Shown: piece after piece, positions 1 to 10,512 of the stretch | Position numbering within the stretch: the stretch's first letter is position 1 | How the letters are laid out: every line of letters starts with the position of its first letter | Assembly (NCBI GenBank): GCA_965263355.1 | Contig: CBDHHL010000032.1 | Span: forward strand, 3,552,001-3,616,000 | Direction of reading: 5' to 3' | Source: Leptolyngbyaceae cyanobacterium | GTDB taxonomy: Bacteria > Cyanobacteriota > Cyanobacteriia > Phormidesmidales > Phormidesmidaceae | Length of the DNA stretch: 64,000 nt | Made by a program: the position numbers and the translations under genes | The notes under the pieces: generated by a model | What the model was told of the DNA's origin: nothing | What the model saw: only the letters and a program-made list of their open reading frames with translations | The model's database searches: none

Positions 1-1
1 G

Positions 2-220
2 ACTACCGATGGGAAAACGTTATTTTACAATCGAGCATTTGATAATTTTGTTGAAGCGATCTCATTTGTCAACAGCCTGGTCGTCCCTGCTGAACAATTG
101 GGTCATCATCCTGACATTACAATCAATTACAATCGAGTGTTTCTCTCAGTAACCACTCATGATGCAGGAGGCCTTACCAAACTTGACTTTCAATTAGCCA
201 CTACAATTTCTCAACTTTGA
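2..220 (+). CDS. Pterin-4a-carbinolamine dehydratase, 5'-truncated by the window edge
   Basis: Frame 2 reads ...AFDNFVEAISFVNSLVVPAEQLGHHPDITINYNRVFLSVTTHDAGGLTKLDFQLA...TGA, with the HHPDI and THDAGGLT motifs of the family. Not in the ORF track. Confidence 0.9.
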   Translation, partial: TTDGKTLFYNRAFDNFVEAISFVNSLVVPAEQLGHHPDITINYNRVFLSVTTHDAGGLTKLDFQLATTISQL

Positions 221-575
221 ATTTTGAGCCTTGTAGTCTAGAACTCAATGCAGTGACCACCAAGTTCAGATAACCTGATGGTCTGTCAAGACTTATGTTC
301 TGGGATGGAAGAGTTTCTCAGCAAAATGGTTGTCATCGTTAAAACACCACTCACCACTCACTGTCCTCACCTCAATTTTTAGCGTTGACACTGCACTAGC
401 ATCTGAAGGCCGTAATATTACTGACTACTGGAATGTGGATGAATCGATAAATGGCTTTATCTACATCTACATCCTCCAAAACTCCATCCTGATTACATCA
501 ACCGATGGAGTATAGGTGGGAATATTAATGTAATAATTACCAGCACATACTTGCCTAGGAATAGGGCAAATCATA

Positions 576-2441
576 ATGGCAAAATTTCCTAAGTCCAGTT
601 CTGAGTCGTCACAACGTCTTATTAATTTGCCCTCAATCTCTGGGCTTGGGCGATGGTTTAACAATCTACAATTGCAATATAAAATCGGATTGAGTTTTGG
701 TCTGTCCATTAGTATTGCAATTATCGGAGTGACCACGGGTTGGGTTGTTGCAGAGTCTTATCTCGATGCAGCGCGAGCTGATATTGAAGATAGCGAAGCC
801 GAATATAGAATACTCCATGAGCTAAAGGTCAACTTGCTAAGAATGCATTTGCACCAAAAAGGAGCCATTCTGACTTTAAATGACTTGCCACAGTGGACGG
901 AAGTATATGCAACCTTTATAGAAGATAGGGAGGCTTTTACTACAGTTTGGCATCACTACAAAGATAATCAAGGGATAGTTAAGGGCAACACTATCTATGA
1001 CCAAAGAGAGCGTGAACTGATAGCAGCCTTAACCATGAGCTACTCAGTATTTGCTAGGGACTTAGATAATCTCATAATTACCTTGAGTCAGGCAGAACTA
1101 CACCAGTTGTCTGATGCTGAGCGTCGTGACTTACAGATAGAGCTTACCCGATTTAATAACCAGGCATTACGCCAAGATGCTTATCGGTTTCTTGGTCTGG
1201 TACAAGAACTTAGAGATAACGCTGATATACAGCTTAAGCACGCCAAGGCAGAATTCGATAAAGCAGCCATATTTCGATTGCAGGTAATTATGGTAAGTTC
1301 GCTGACGTCATTGATTCTTGCAGTTGTTTTACTGTTTCTCCTGAGTCGAGCAATCTCTTTCTCTGTTAAGAATGCTGCCGCAACTGCTGAAAAAGTTATA
1401 GAAACGTCAAACTTTGACCTGCAAGTACCTGTGACCAGCTCAGATGAAGTTGGTAAGCTATCTGCTGTCTTAAATCGTTTGATTGCCCAGGTCAAACAAC
1501 TGTTGCAACAAGAACAGGAAAAGACAGAGTCTCTGAAAAAGGCTCTTTGTGAAATTCAATCAACGCAGTCGGTTTTACTGCAAAGTGAGAAAATGTCTGC
1601 CCTAGGCCAGATGGTTGCTGGCGTTGCCCATGAAATTAATAATCCGGTTGGCTTTATCCATGGCAACCTTGAGCATATTGAGAATTACTTGCAGGATTTG
1701 ATCCATGCACTACAGCTTTATCAACAATATAGTCCGGAATTACCTGAAAGCATTCTAGAAGAGTTACAAGAGTTAGAGTTAGATTTCTTGATTCAAGATT
1801 CTGGCGATATTTTGAAATCCATGAAACTGGGTACGCGAAGGATTTGCGAAATTGTTCTATCACTACGAAATTTTTCGCGTCTAGACGAAGCGGAAATTAA
1901 GCTTGTGGATATCCATGAAGGTATTAATAGCACCCTGGTGATTCTGGCCCATCGTCTCAAGGCAAACAGTCAACATCCAGAGATTGAGGTGCTCAAAAAC
2001 TACGCTACGTTACCTAGAATTGAGTGTTACGCTGGCCAAATGAATCAGGTGTTTATGAATATTCTGAGTAATGCCATTGATGCTTTTGAGGAAATTAACC
2101 GAAACCTTACCTACAAAGAGATTCAAACAAATCCAAATCAGATTTATATCGATACAGATATAGTAGAAAACGAGCAAGTCAGAATCTGTATAAAAGATAA
2201 TGGCCCTGGAATTTCAGAGCACATTATCGATCAATTGTTTAATCCATTCTTCACAACAAAAGCTGTGGGCAAAGGCACTGGCTTAGGGCTATCCATCAGT
2301 TATAAAATTGTCACCGAAAAACACCAAGGCACACTTCAGTGCCAATCCCAACTTGGTCAAGGAACCAAATTTATAATTCAAATTCCAATTTGTCAGTTCA
2401 AATCACATATCTCTGCATCTAAAGCACATATTCTGATGTAG
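576..2441 (+). CDS. Membrane sensor histidine kinase (2 TM, periplasmic helical sensor, HAMP, HisKA, HATPase)
   Basis: Two hydrophobic segments, HAMP (DEVGKLSAVLNRL), H-box AGVAHEINNP, N-box NQVFMNILSNAIDA, G boxes DNGPG and GKGTGLGL. Confidence 0.95.
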   Translation: MAKFPKSSSESSQRLINLPSISGLGRWFNNLQLQYKIGLSFGLSISIAIIGVTTGWVVAESYLDAARADIEDSEAEYRILHELKVNLLRMHLHQKGAILTLNDLPQWTEVYATFIEDREAFTTVWHHYKDNQGIVKGNTIYDQRERELIAALTMSYSVFARDLDNLIITLSQAELHQLSDAERRDLQIELTRFNNQALRQDAYRFLGLVQELRDNADIQLKHAKAEFDKAAIFRLQVIMVSSLTSLILAVVLLFLLSRAISFSVKNAAATAEKVIETSNFDLQVPVTSSDEVGKLSAVLNRLIAQVKQLLQQEQEKTESLKKALCEIQSTQSVLLQSEKMSALGQMVAGVAHEINNPVGFIHGNLEHIENYLQDLIHALQLYQQYSPELPESILEELQELELDFLIQDSGDILKSMKLGTRRICEIVLSLRNFSRLDEAEIKLVDIHEGINSTLVILAHRLKANSQHPEIEVLKNYATLPRIECYAGQMNQVFMNILSNAIDAFEEINRNLTYKEIQTNPNQIYIDTDIVENEQVRICIKDNGPGISEHIIDQLFNPFFTTKAVGKGTGLGLSISYKIVTEKHQGTLQCQSQLGQGTKFIIQIPICQFKSHISASKAHILM

Positions 2442-2453
2442 TAAGGTTCAACA

Positions 2454-3975
2454 TTACTTCTGTTTATGGCTATATTTTTCCTCAACAGACTGGCGTACTT
2501 CTATTTGTAATCGTTCCAGGGCAGAGTCACGCTTGGCATTATCTACAATGGTTCTCATCAGAGTTTTAATCCCCTGAGGCCCCCAAGAACATCCCTGTTT
2601 CAAATACACACGGGCAGCCTGACCCACTGCATAGGTGCCATAGCCAGCGGCGGCAGCTTGGGCTCCCATGGCTCCTGCATAGGCAGTGAGTCCTGAGGCT
2701 CCATCCACCAAGCTCCAAAGGGCTGCCCCGCTTTTACCAATGCCTAAGAGTAGGGTGCTGCCCAGTTCACTTAATAGCAGCGTGCCCGAACTGCGAATAA
2801 TAGCTTGCCAGAGTTTACTGGCTTCAAATGGGAAAGCCATAAAGCTTCGCTAGGTTGCGGATCATAATCAAGTCAGAGGTAACACCGCCCAGGATGTCTA
2901 ACACTGCAACGGGATTGAGTGCGATCGCAGCCGCCTTATACTTAGCAAATTGCAAAATAATCTCATCTGCTGCGGCCTGGTTTAGCTCTGCAGTGGCTTT
3001 GGCCAGGTTAGTATCGACCTGATTCGCTTGATGTAGCGTATTGAGAGCTACCAGCGTGGGACCTTCTGCTCGAATCAGATCAATTAAAGTTGTTTTAAGT
3101 GGTTCAATCTTGGGTGGCGGTGTTTCCCACTCTTCCGTGACGCGACCATCGGGCCATTCTATCCGTACCTGTAACGGAGCCGGTTCTGCTGCTACCAGAA
3201 TAACGTCATCCACAATCGGCACATCCGATTGTTTACTGTTTGTAGTATTGTTGGTTGTTGTACTGTCAGTTGTTTCGGTCTTTTCAGTCTCTTGGCTAGA
3301 GGCTACCAGCTGAGATTTTAGCCGCTGCAGATTGTCATACACTGCCTGACGGTCTGTATCTGGATAGAGATCTGTTTTGTTAAAGACCAACAGCAGTGGT
3401 TTCCGAGTTTCGTGCAGGGTTTGTAGTGCTGTATATTCAGTACGAGTAATGTCGCCTGCGACTACAAACAAGATTAAATCAGCCTGCTGGGCAACTTCTT
3501 GAGCCACTTGTCCCCGTTCTGCCCCCTCAATTTCATCTAACCCAGGGGTATCAATCAATTCAATTTTTAAGGTGGGGTCTCCTTCGGGGACAGGGGGCGT
3601 CCAATAAATAGAACGAGGCCATTGGGTAACGCCATTCAGAGGGCCTGTTTCAAGTATCTTTTCACCTACCAGGGCGTTGAGCACCGCTGATTTGCCTCGA
3701 CTTACCAGGCCAAAGACAGTGACTCGTAACAGCGTACTATCCAGTTTATTTAGCAGGGCGTTCAGCTGATCAATGCCAGCTTTGACGGCAGCCTGACGCT
3801 TCAATTCTTCGGTACTGGAGCGGGTTAGCTCTAGCTGTGGAATGTAGCGATCAATCGTTTGTCGTAAACTGTCACGGGCCTGGTCAACCAGGGCATGGGC
3901 TGTCCTGACAGTATCCTCTTGATTGTCTGTGTTGACGTTGATAGATGTTTCCTGAATCAAGGCAGGCTGAGTCAT
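2454..3975 (-). pseudogene. Era-like GTPase with C-terminal DUF697 (YcjF-like), split by a frameshift near 2830
   Basis: ORF 2824-3975 has G1 GLVSRGKS, G3 DTPG and G4 NKTD, and ends at LYGFPI*. ORF 2454-2840 continues the DUF697 domain (FEASKLWQ...GYGTYAVGQAARVYL) in another frame. Confidence 0.8.
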
Positions 3976-4023
3976 GGTAGGAAGTTGTTAAGGGCCGAAT
4001 GTCCAGGCCGAGAGTTTTGTTTT

Positions 4024-4056
4024 GGTTCATCGCATGCTTGCTGCATGCGATGAACC
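4024..4056. other. Perfect 14-bp intergenic hairpin between the two DUF697 genes
   Basis: GGTTCATCGCATGC-ttgct-GCATGCGATGAACC. No U-tract follows on the coding (minus) strand, so it is more likely an mRNA stability or processing hairpin than a terminator. Confidence 0.6.
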
Positions 4057-4079
4057 ATTGCCCATCTTGTTAACGATTT

Positions 4080-5459
4080 CTAGCTGGCGACAGCGCTGAA
4101 GTTACCATTAGGTAGGTGGGGCAGTGCCTGGGTAACAAAATCTTTCAGTGCTAAGCCCTGACGAGCTTGCTGGAATAATGTTTGCAGACGACTACCCAGC
4201 CCTTCAAAGTTCAGCTCAGTGGTTTCTAATAAACTTTGTTCTTCGAAGTAGTCAACTAAAGTGAGACCAGCTATGCGGGTCAGGTAGGCTGCACTAAGAC
4301 CCTGCAGTGCTCCCCCAGCGATGTACGTAGTTACATGGCTTTTGAGGATAGGCCCCAGCGCTTGGGAGGCAAGTTCGACTAGTCCTAACTTGACGGTCAG
4401 TTCAGCGATGGTACCTGCAGCTGCTTTTGCCTGGTCCATGGAGAAGGTTTGACCATAGATAGCGCCGAGGTCTAGTACTAGCTGACCGTTAATAGCAGCA
4501 GTTGCCAGCAGATCGACGGTGGCAATTGGGTTAGCAAATGCGGTACCGGCAGCAATCCACTGCATCTGTTCGATGACGGGCATAGCCTTTTGGCGACGAT
4601 ATTCGTTGAGCTGCTGGGTAATGCGACGTTGTAGCGTTTTAGTCTGACGCAGGGTGGTGGCCATGACTAAGCTTGCCGGTTCAGCCGCAAAGGTTTCGAG
4701 CTGTTGAGTTAGGGCTGCTAGGTCAGCGGGAGGCTGCTCTAAAAACTCGGTGACTTCACCTGATTCAGAATGACGACGAACTTTGATCGAATTGGGGTTA
4801 GCTGAGATCGCAACCACGTCTACATTGCGCATGGCCAACCTTTTCTTAAGCTGGTCCACTACAACCGCCTTATTCATGGGGGTGTACTGGTCTTGTTTAT
4901 TCAGCACTACCAGTACCTGATAGCCATCAGAGATCAGCGTTTCTACCCGGTTAAGTTCGGACGCAGTCATATCGCCTGCAATCATCAACAGCAGCAGGTC
5001 AGCGTCGTCACACTGTTCTGTAAAGGTTAATGATGCTGACTCAGATGCCTGCAGACTGTTGAGTAGCGTGGTCTTGCCCGTTGCTTTATTCCCAGTAATA
5101 CCAATTGTTAGATTTGTCCGCTCAAGGCTATCGAGGAGCACCTCATGCTCGGTGCGGAAAACTTCTGCCTGGGCAGCGGCCTGGCTATCTTCCGTGAGTA
5201 GCAAGTCAATCAGTTGATCAGCTCGATCCAGGGCCTTGTCAATAGCATCACGCTGTACACTAATCTGCTGAGGAATAGTCGGCATGCCCAGCGTCTGAGT
5301 TTTTTGACGGAACCACCAAACACCTGCTGCACCTAGTGCGATCGCACCTAACATTAACGACCCATCCATGGGCATGTGATGTACCACGTCCAGTAGCCAC
5401 AGACTGGCGCTGAGACCTAAACCACCGATTAGAATAGGACGCTTGATTGCGATATCCAT
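4080..5459 (-). CDS. DUF697/YcjF-like protein with degenerate GTPase domain and N-terminal TM helices
   Basis: GNKATGKT, LNKQD, and C-terminal QWIAAGTAFANP...DLLATAAINGQL typical of DUF697. Confidence 0.85.
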   Translation of the reverse strand: MDIAIKRPILIGGLGLSASLWLLDVVHHMPMDGSLMLGAIALGAAGVWWFRQKTQTLGMPTIPQQISVQRDAIDKALDRADQLIDLLLTEDSQAAAQAEVFRTEHEVLLDSLERTNLTIGITGNKATGKTTLLNSLQASESASLTFTEQCDDADLLLLMIAGDMTASELNRVETLISDGYQVLVVLNKQDQYTPMNKAVVVDQLKKRLAMRNVDVVAISANPNSIKVRRHSESGEVTEFLEQPPADLAALTQQLETFAAEPASLVMATTLRQTKTLQRRITQQLNEYRRQKAMPVIEQMQWIAAGTAFANPIATVDLLATAAINGQLVLDLGAIYGQTFSMDQAKAAAGTIAELTVKLGLVELASQALGPILKSHVTTYIAGGALQGLSAAYLTRIAGLTLVDYFEEQSLLETTELNFEGLGSRLQTLFQQARQGLALKDFVTQALPHLPNGNFSAVAS

Positions 5460-5570
5460 AAGTCCCTATACCCGAGTTGCTTCTACTACATTTTATAAAG
5501 TGAGTGTGGTTGCACTAGGTGGAAAACCCCACAGATTTAACATAAGCCTTAAAGATCAGCCAACTGGCGG

Positions 5571-5586
5571 TGTAGTTTCTACTACA
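5571..5586. promoter_or_regulatory. Candidate NtcA box
   Basis: TGTA-gtttctac-TACA in the divergent intergenic region. No canonically spaced -10 element was found. Confidence 0.35.
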
Positions 5587-5656
5587 GCCTGATACAGCTG
5601 TAGAGTGTTCACTACGGGCAACGAAGGGAAGCTGAGGTGCTATAACTCAGGTACAG

Positions 5657-6520
5657 GTGTTTGATAGGGTTGCTCCTATGGTGGATGAGTCTGTTCTTCA
5701 ACAAGAGTCGTTACTGGGTCGGTTAATACTAGATTACGACACCACTGAAGAACTCGGGCTAGTGGACGGTCTGCTCGTGGATTTGAACCAGGGCAATGTG
5801 GTGGCATTGGTCTGTAAGGCACCAGTGTGGCAGCGACAGCGTTCCATTTATAGCTGGGGACAAATTCTCAATATTGGTGGCGATAGTATCGTTCTCCATG
5901 GTCACAGCACTGAGATGTCTCAATCTGCAGCAGCTCAGCCTATGGTGGGACTGGAGGTATGGACCGATACGGGTAACTGTGTGGGCCAAATCGTAGATTA
6001 TCGATTTGAGCGTAGCGGTACGGTTGTGCAATACTTATTTGCTAAACCAGGGCAGGTAGGTCTTTATGGGTTGGCCCCTAATGCAATTATCAGTGCTGGG
6101 CGCAAGCGCATGATGGTGTCGGCATCATCTGTTGAACAGTCTGAGTACTTTGCCGACGCAGAGGTGCCCATGGCACAACCAGATTGGCAAGCCACTGCCC
6201 AAACGACGGCCCAATCGTTAGCAGACCAGATGCAACAGCGAGCCCAGGAATGGTCGGACTATGCTCAGGAGCATTGGCTATCTGAGGATTTCAATGAACA
6301 GTTGCGCTCCACAGGTCAGCAATTACAGGACAAGACCCAGGGGTTGCGATCTCAGTTCAACCAACAGGTGTCTAACGCACGCAAACGAATCAAACCTCTG
6401 AATAGGGCATTGGAGAACACCCTGGAAAATGCCCTGGATACGTTGAATGAGCAGAATGAGCAGACAGAGTCTTCCGATATCGATCTAGACGCGTTTGAGG
6501 TCTGGGAAGACGATGATTAA
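5657..6520 (+). CDS. PRC-barrel domain protein
   Basis: Two PRC-like repeats (LLGRLILDYDTTEELGLVDGLLVD; VGLEVWTDTGNCVGQIVDYRFE) and a Gln-rich helical tail. Start may be the ATG at 5678. Confidence 0.8.
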   Translation: MFDRVAPMVDESVLQQESLLGRLILDYDTTEELGLVDGLLVDLNQGNVVALVCKAPVWQRQRSIYSWGQILNIGGDSIVLHGHSTEMSQSAAAQPMVGLEVWTDTGNCVGQIVDYRFERSGTVVQYLFAKPGQVGLYGLAPNAIISAGRKRMMVSASSVEQSEYFADAEVPMAQPDWQATAQTTAQSLADQMQQRAQEWSDYAQEHWLSEDFNEQLRSTGQQLQDKTQGLRSQFNQQVSNARKRIKPLNRALENTLENALDTLNEQNEQTESSDIDLDAFEVWEDDD

Positions 6521-6539
6521 TAGTTAACCTGACATAAGA

Positions 6540-7976
6540 CTAGGATGCGATCGCATGCTTATCAAATTTTACTGTCTGCCGTTGGTTAATCGTCATGGCT
6601 AAGTCGATATCACTACATGCCCCTGACCGATCGCCTTGATCAAATCGAATCAGGCTGCGATTGATGTAGGCATCAGAAAATTGCGGTTGTAGTTCCAGTG
6701 CTCGGTTTACATCCGTTAGTGCCCCTGCCGTATCATTGAGACGAAATCGCAACACACTCCGTTCATTGAGTGTACGGGCAGCATCAGGTTGTAAAGCGAT
6801 GGCTTGATCAAAGTCTGCCATTGCTTTTTCATATCTGTAGAGGTCTACATAAATTCGGCCACGATGTACATAGGCATTGGCCAACGATGGATTTAAGTCA
6901 ATTGCCCGGTTGACATCCTGGAGGGCTGCCGCCAGATCCCCCAGACGTTGTCGAATGCCTGCCCGATTACTCAGGGCTTCTGCAAATTTAGGGTTGAGTC
7001 TGATAGCCTCACTAAAATCAGCAGCGGCCATTGCATAGTGATGAAGATAGAGTCGGACTAAGCCCCGATTGTTATATGTATAAGCATGGTTTGGATTAAG
7101 CCGTAGCGCTTCTGTGTAGTCGTTGATGGCCCCGTCACTATCGCCTAGGGTGGCACGATTATTCCCGCGATTGTTTAGCAGCGCGAATTGACTTGAATCA
7201 GAACAATTTTGAAGGGTATGATGTAATTGCTCTAATGTTTGAGGATAGGCTTCAGATAGAGCAGGGTCGAGGTGCAAGGCTCTACAATAATCTTCCATTG
7301 CTCCGGCATAATCGCCCAATTCTGTTCTTAATGTGGCTCGATTGTTATAGGCGTCTGCCAGGTCGCCATCCAGGGTAATGGCATGATTAAAATCTGCCAG
7401 GGCGTGCTCATAATCAACTTGATAAAAGTAGGCTAAGCCACGATGGTTATAAGCTTTAGGACATTTAGGGGTAAGGGCTAGGGCCCGGTTGAGATCATCA
7501 ATTGCCCATTGAAAATTACCACATCGTAACCAAGCGACGCCCCGCCATAGATATCCTCGTGGGAAATGGGGGTGTAATTTCAGGGCATAATCAAAGTCCC
7601 GTACGGCCCCTGTGTAGTTTTCCAGGTCTAGGCGCAGTAGACCACGGTTACAATATCCTCGTGTAGAGAGAGGGGTAAGTTGAATTCCTCTCTCAAAGTC
7701 TTCTAAAGCTGCATCCATATGCCCTAATTTGCGTTGGGCATTCCCCCGATTTAGATAGGCAGATGCATAATTAGGCGTGAGATGAATTGCCCAACTCAAG
7801 TCTTCAATGGCCACCGCATACTCACCAATGGCATAATAGGCACACCCTCGGTTGTAATAGGCTTTAGCATAGTTAGGTAGAGCCTCAATGACAGTATTGA
7901 AAATTGAGATTGCTCCCGCACAGTCTTGTCGCCGTGCCAGCTCTACCCCCTGATTCAATAGGTCCTTCGCAGTCAT
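6540..7976 (-). CDS. Tetratricopeptide repeat protein
   Basis: More than ten 34-aa repeats of the form AYxNRG...A..D...A..L.P. Confidence 0.95.
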   Translation of the reverse strand: MTAKDLLNQGVELARRQDCAGAISIFNTVIEALPNYAKAYYNRGCAYYAIGEYAVAIEDLSWAIHLTPNYASAYLNRGNAQRKLGHMDAALEDFERGIQLTPLSTRGYCNRGLLRLDLENYTGAVRDFDYALKLHPHFPRGYLWRGVAWLRCGNFQWAIDDLNRALALTPKCPKAYNHRGLAYFYQVDYEHALADFNHAITLDGDLADAYNNRATLRTELGDYAGAMEDYCRALHLDPALSEAYPQTLEQLHHTLQNCSDSSQFALLNNRGNNRATLGDSDGAINDYTEALRLNPNHAYTYNNRGLVRLYLHHYAMAAADFSEAIRLNPKFAEALSNRAGIRQRLGDLAAALQDVNRAIDLNPSLANAYVHRGRIYVDLYRYEKAMADFDQAIALQPDAARTLNERSVLRFRLNDTAGALTDVNRALELQPQFSDAYINRSLIRFDQGDRSGACSDIDLAMTINQRQTVKFDKHAIAS

Positions 7977-8427
7977 TTACCCTCACCATAAACTTACCAG
8001 ACTTTCATGAAAGCATGATGGGTATGAATTAAGTCTGGCATCACCTAAGGGCGATATTTTAGAATTCTAAACCTAGCTAGCGAGTCAGGTAATTTGTCTA
8101 TGCTCCCACCTGTATACCAAAGAGAAAACCTACAATTGAGTGCTGCTACCAGAGTAAATCTAGGCTTGCTAAATTGAAGTTGTTCTTTAAAGAATTTCTT
8201 TACAGGTAATAACCATATAGCGCTGATACCTGCTGGATATCCAAATGTCCCCGTAGTTATCTTATGTAATTATCTTAATTTGGACATAGCAAAAAAAGCT
8301 ACGCGAAAATACAAACAGTAATGTACCTGTAAAGAGGTATATCTATGGCACTACCTAACCTGATAAGTACTACAGTGTTTTCGTTGTCAAATCATTGTTT
8401 GAGTCACGGCTGTACTCTGAATGAGAG

Positions 8428-8461
8428 AAATAGCCTTAGCATAAAACTGCTAAGGCTATTT
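8428..8461 (-). terminator. Hairpin terminator ending the EPS cluster
   Basis: AAATAGCCTTAGCA-taaaac-TGCTAAGGCTATTT, about 35 nt past the stop of 8495-9556. Confidence 0.7.
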
Positions 8462-8494
8462 GAAAGTTTTTATGTAGAGACTGATGATTAACGA

Positions 8495-9556
8495 TTACGA
8501 AACTGCTGCACTAGCCAAAATCTGGTTATTTTGCCCTGTAACATCATCTAATATCCGTTCTAACTCCTTTGCTGCAGCATCTTCTGTAAAATGCTTCTGA
8601 GCATAGGCTTTAGCATTACGTCCTAAACGGGTACGTAATGCCTCGTCGTTCCAGAGTAAAGTAATCGCTTCCTTCAAGCTTTCTACACAACCGGGCTTGA
8701 CTAGCCAACCCGTTTCACCATGTATGATGTAGTCGCTCATGCGATAACAATCACTTACGATGATTGGTCGTCCCATGTGCATGGCCTCGATAATGGTGAC
8801 ATGGCCTGCTGCCGTAACATCATCTTTAGGCTGTAGTGCGATAACGTTGAGACGCCCTTCTTGTGCAATCTTGTGGCAGTCGCCTCGTGATATTCCAAAA
8901 GGTGTTTGTACATTATCTGGAATGGCAATACCTTCCAATGCAGATTTTCCAGAGGCTACGATGGTTGGAATGTTAAGCTCTTGGACAGCTTGAAAGAAGC
9001 ACGGAAAATCACGATGGGCCGACCCTAATGAGGCAATGAATGGAGCTTCAGTTTCTTCAGCATAGTCTCCTTCAATGCCAGCACAGGGAAATGGAACAAA
9101 TTCAAATCGTTCTTTAGGCAAGTCCAACCACTTGCTATAAATATCAATTTCCTGACGACTATGGACAATAAATCGATCAATCTGTCTCAAACTGACTTGA
9201 GATAACCAGCGACGAAGAGGTCCGACTTTGTAATTGCCGATATTAAAAGTCCAAGCAACAACCGGCTTTTCAGAACCCCTTAAAATCTTTTGCAAGCCAA
9301 TTACTGTTGGCAATTGAGGAAATAGTGTAATAACACCACTAGCATTACTGTTGAGGGCTGATGCTGCATGTTTCCAATGAATTAACCATTGGGACAATGT
9401 GGTGAATTTGACTTTTCTATCATGCCAATTTGTAATCGGTGTTGAGCGCATAATCAACTCAAAGTCATACTTATCACCTGATATAAAACGACTTAACCAA
9501 ATATGATTGTCGATATGCTCTTGTCTAAAATATGCAGCAATAATGGCCCATTTCAT
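8495..9556 (-). CDS. Glycosyltransferase family 4
   Basis: GT-B C-terminal motif GHVTIIEAMHMGRPIIVS...GETGWLV. Confidence 0.9.
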   Translation of the reverse strand: MKWAIIAAYFRQEHIDNHIWLSRFISGDKYDFELIMRSTPITNWHDRKVKFTTLSQWLIHWKHAASALNSNASGVITLFPQLPTVIGLQKILRGSEKPVVAWTFNIGNYKVGPLRRWLSQVSLRQIDRFIVHSRQEIDIYSKWLDLPKERFEFVPFPCAGIEGDYAEETEAPFIASLGSAHRDFPCFFQAVQELNIPTIVASGKSALEGIAIPDNVQTPFGISRGDCHKIAQEGRLNVIALQPKDDVTAAGHVTIIEAMHMGRPIIVSDCYRMSDYIIHGETGWLVKPGCVESLKEAITLLWNDEALRTRLGRNAKAYAQKHFTEDAAAKELERILDDVTGQNNQILASAAVS

Positions 9557-9668
9557 TGCTAACTTGCCTCGGAGATTACTCTTTATAACTAATGCGTAAC
9601 TATCTGAGTTAAACAGGATTAAAGAACTTAAAGTATCAATGTTCTTATTGATAGGAACGCAGATGACT

Positions 9669-10418
9669 TTAAATCGTGTAACTAAATCTTTCCATATCTT
9701 CTTTATATTTGATTTCTAAAAAGTTGATGTCATCTAGACTGAAATAATTTCTCCAGTCTTTGTACTTGCGTTTAGATTTATTTGAATGGGGTAAAGCAAC
9801 TGAAATGCCAACTTTCTGACAAATATGCTCCCAATCGGTACTGATATCCTCTAATCGACCAACATAATCAACAATCAGATTTTCACCCGCTTCGTCAGCC
9901 AGCTGATGAAACTGAGACATTGTTCCATAGGATTGCCAACACTTCTCAGAATGAATAAACTCAGTAACTGAATTGCTCTTTAGGCAAGCTACTACTCCAG
10001 GCCATCTAAAAGCATCATATAGCTTAGGGAGCCGAGTTAATGCGGGAGGAATAGAACTAATCTGATCTAATGCATACATTAATTTGATAGCAGGGCCTCT
10101 GTAACCTCCTAAATAATAGGTTTTAAGATATTCATAGAATGATACCATCCGATCAATAGGGTGCCTGACCACTGAGAACGTAAAGTACTTTTCCCAGAGT
10201 TGGTCGCCCATCAGCTTCTTGATCTCGGAAGCAGAGGAGTGCTTATATATTCCAAACTTTTTTTCGTAAGCTTTTTGTAGCGTTTCTCCGTATTTTGTGC
10301 TGCCTAAGACAACATCATTCCACTGCATTTCTTTTTCTAGGGCTCGTTCAATGCTGGTCCCACCGCACTTATGTAGATGAACGAATACAAACTTTTTGCT
10401 ATTAGAAATAAAGGTCAT
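9669..10418 (-). CDS. Sulfotransferase family 2 protein
   Basis: 5'-PSB motif FVHLHKCGGTS, 3'-PB motif FSVVRHPIDRMVSFY, and DYVGRLE. Confidence 0.9.
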   Translation of the reverse strand: MTFISNSKKFVFVHLHKCGGTSIERALEKEMQWNDVVLGSTKYGETLQKAYEKKFGIYKHSSASEIKKLMGDQLWEKYFTFSVVRHPIDRMVSFYEYLKTYYLGGYRGPAIKLMYALDQISSIPPALTRLPKLYDAFRWPGVVACLKSNSVTEFIHSEKCWQSYGTMSQFHQLADEAGENLIVDYVGRLEDISTDWEHICQKVGISVALPHSNKSKRKYKDWRNYFSLDDINFLEIKYKEDMERFSYTI

Positions 10419-10512
10419 TCTGAAAACCTAATTAAAAAATACTTTCTATATGCTCTTTTTGCTCATTGCTCATAGCTTTATTCATGGGGTGTAAGTATTA
10501 GGAAATAAACCC

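Noticed and set aside
2824..2840. prfB-like programmed +1 frameshift at ATT TGA
   Set aside because: No internal Shine-Dalgarno sequence, and residues appear missing relative to homologues, which favours a deletion.
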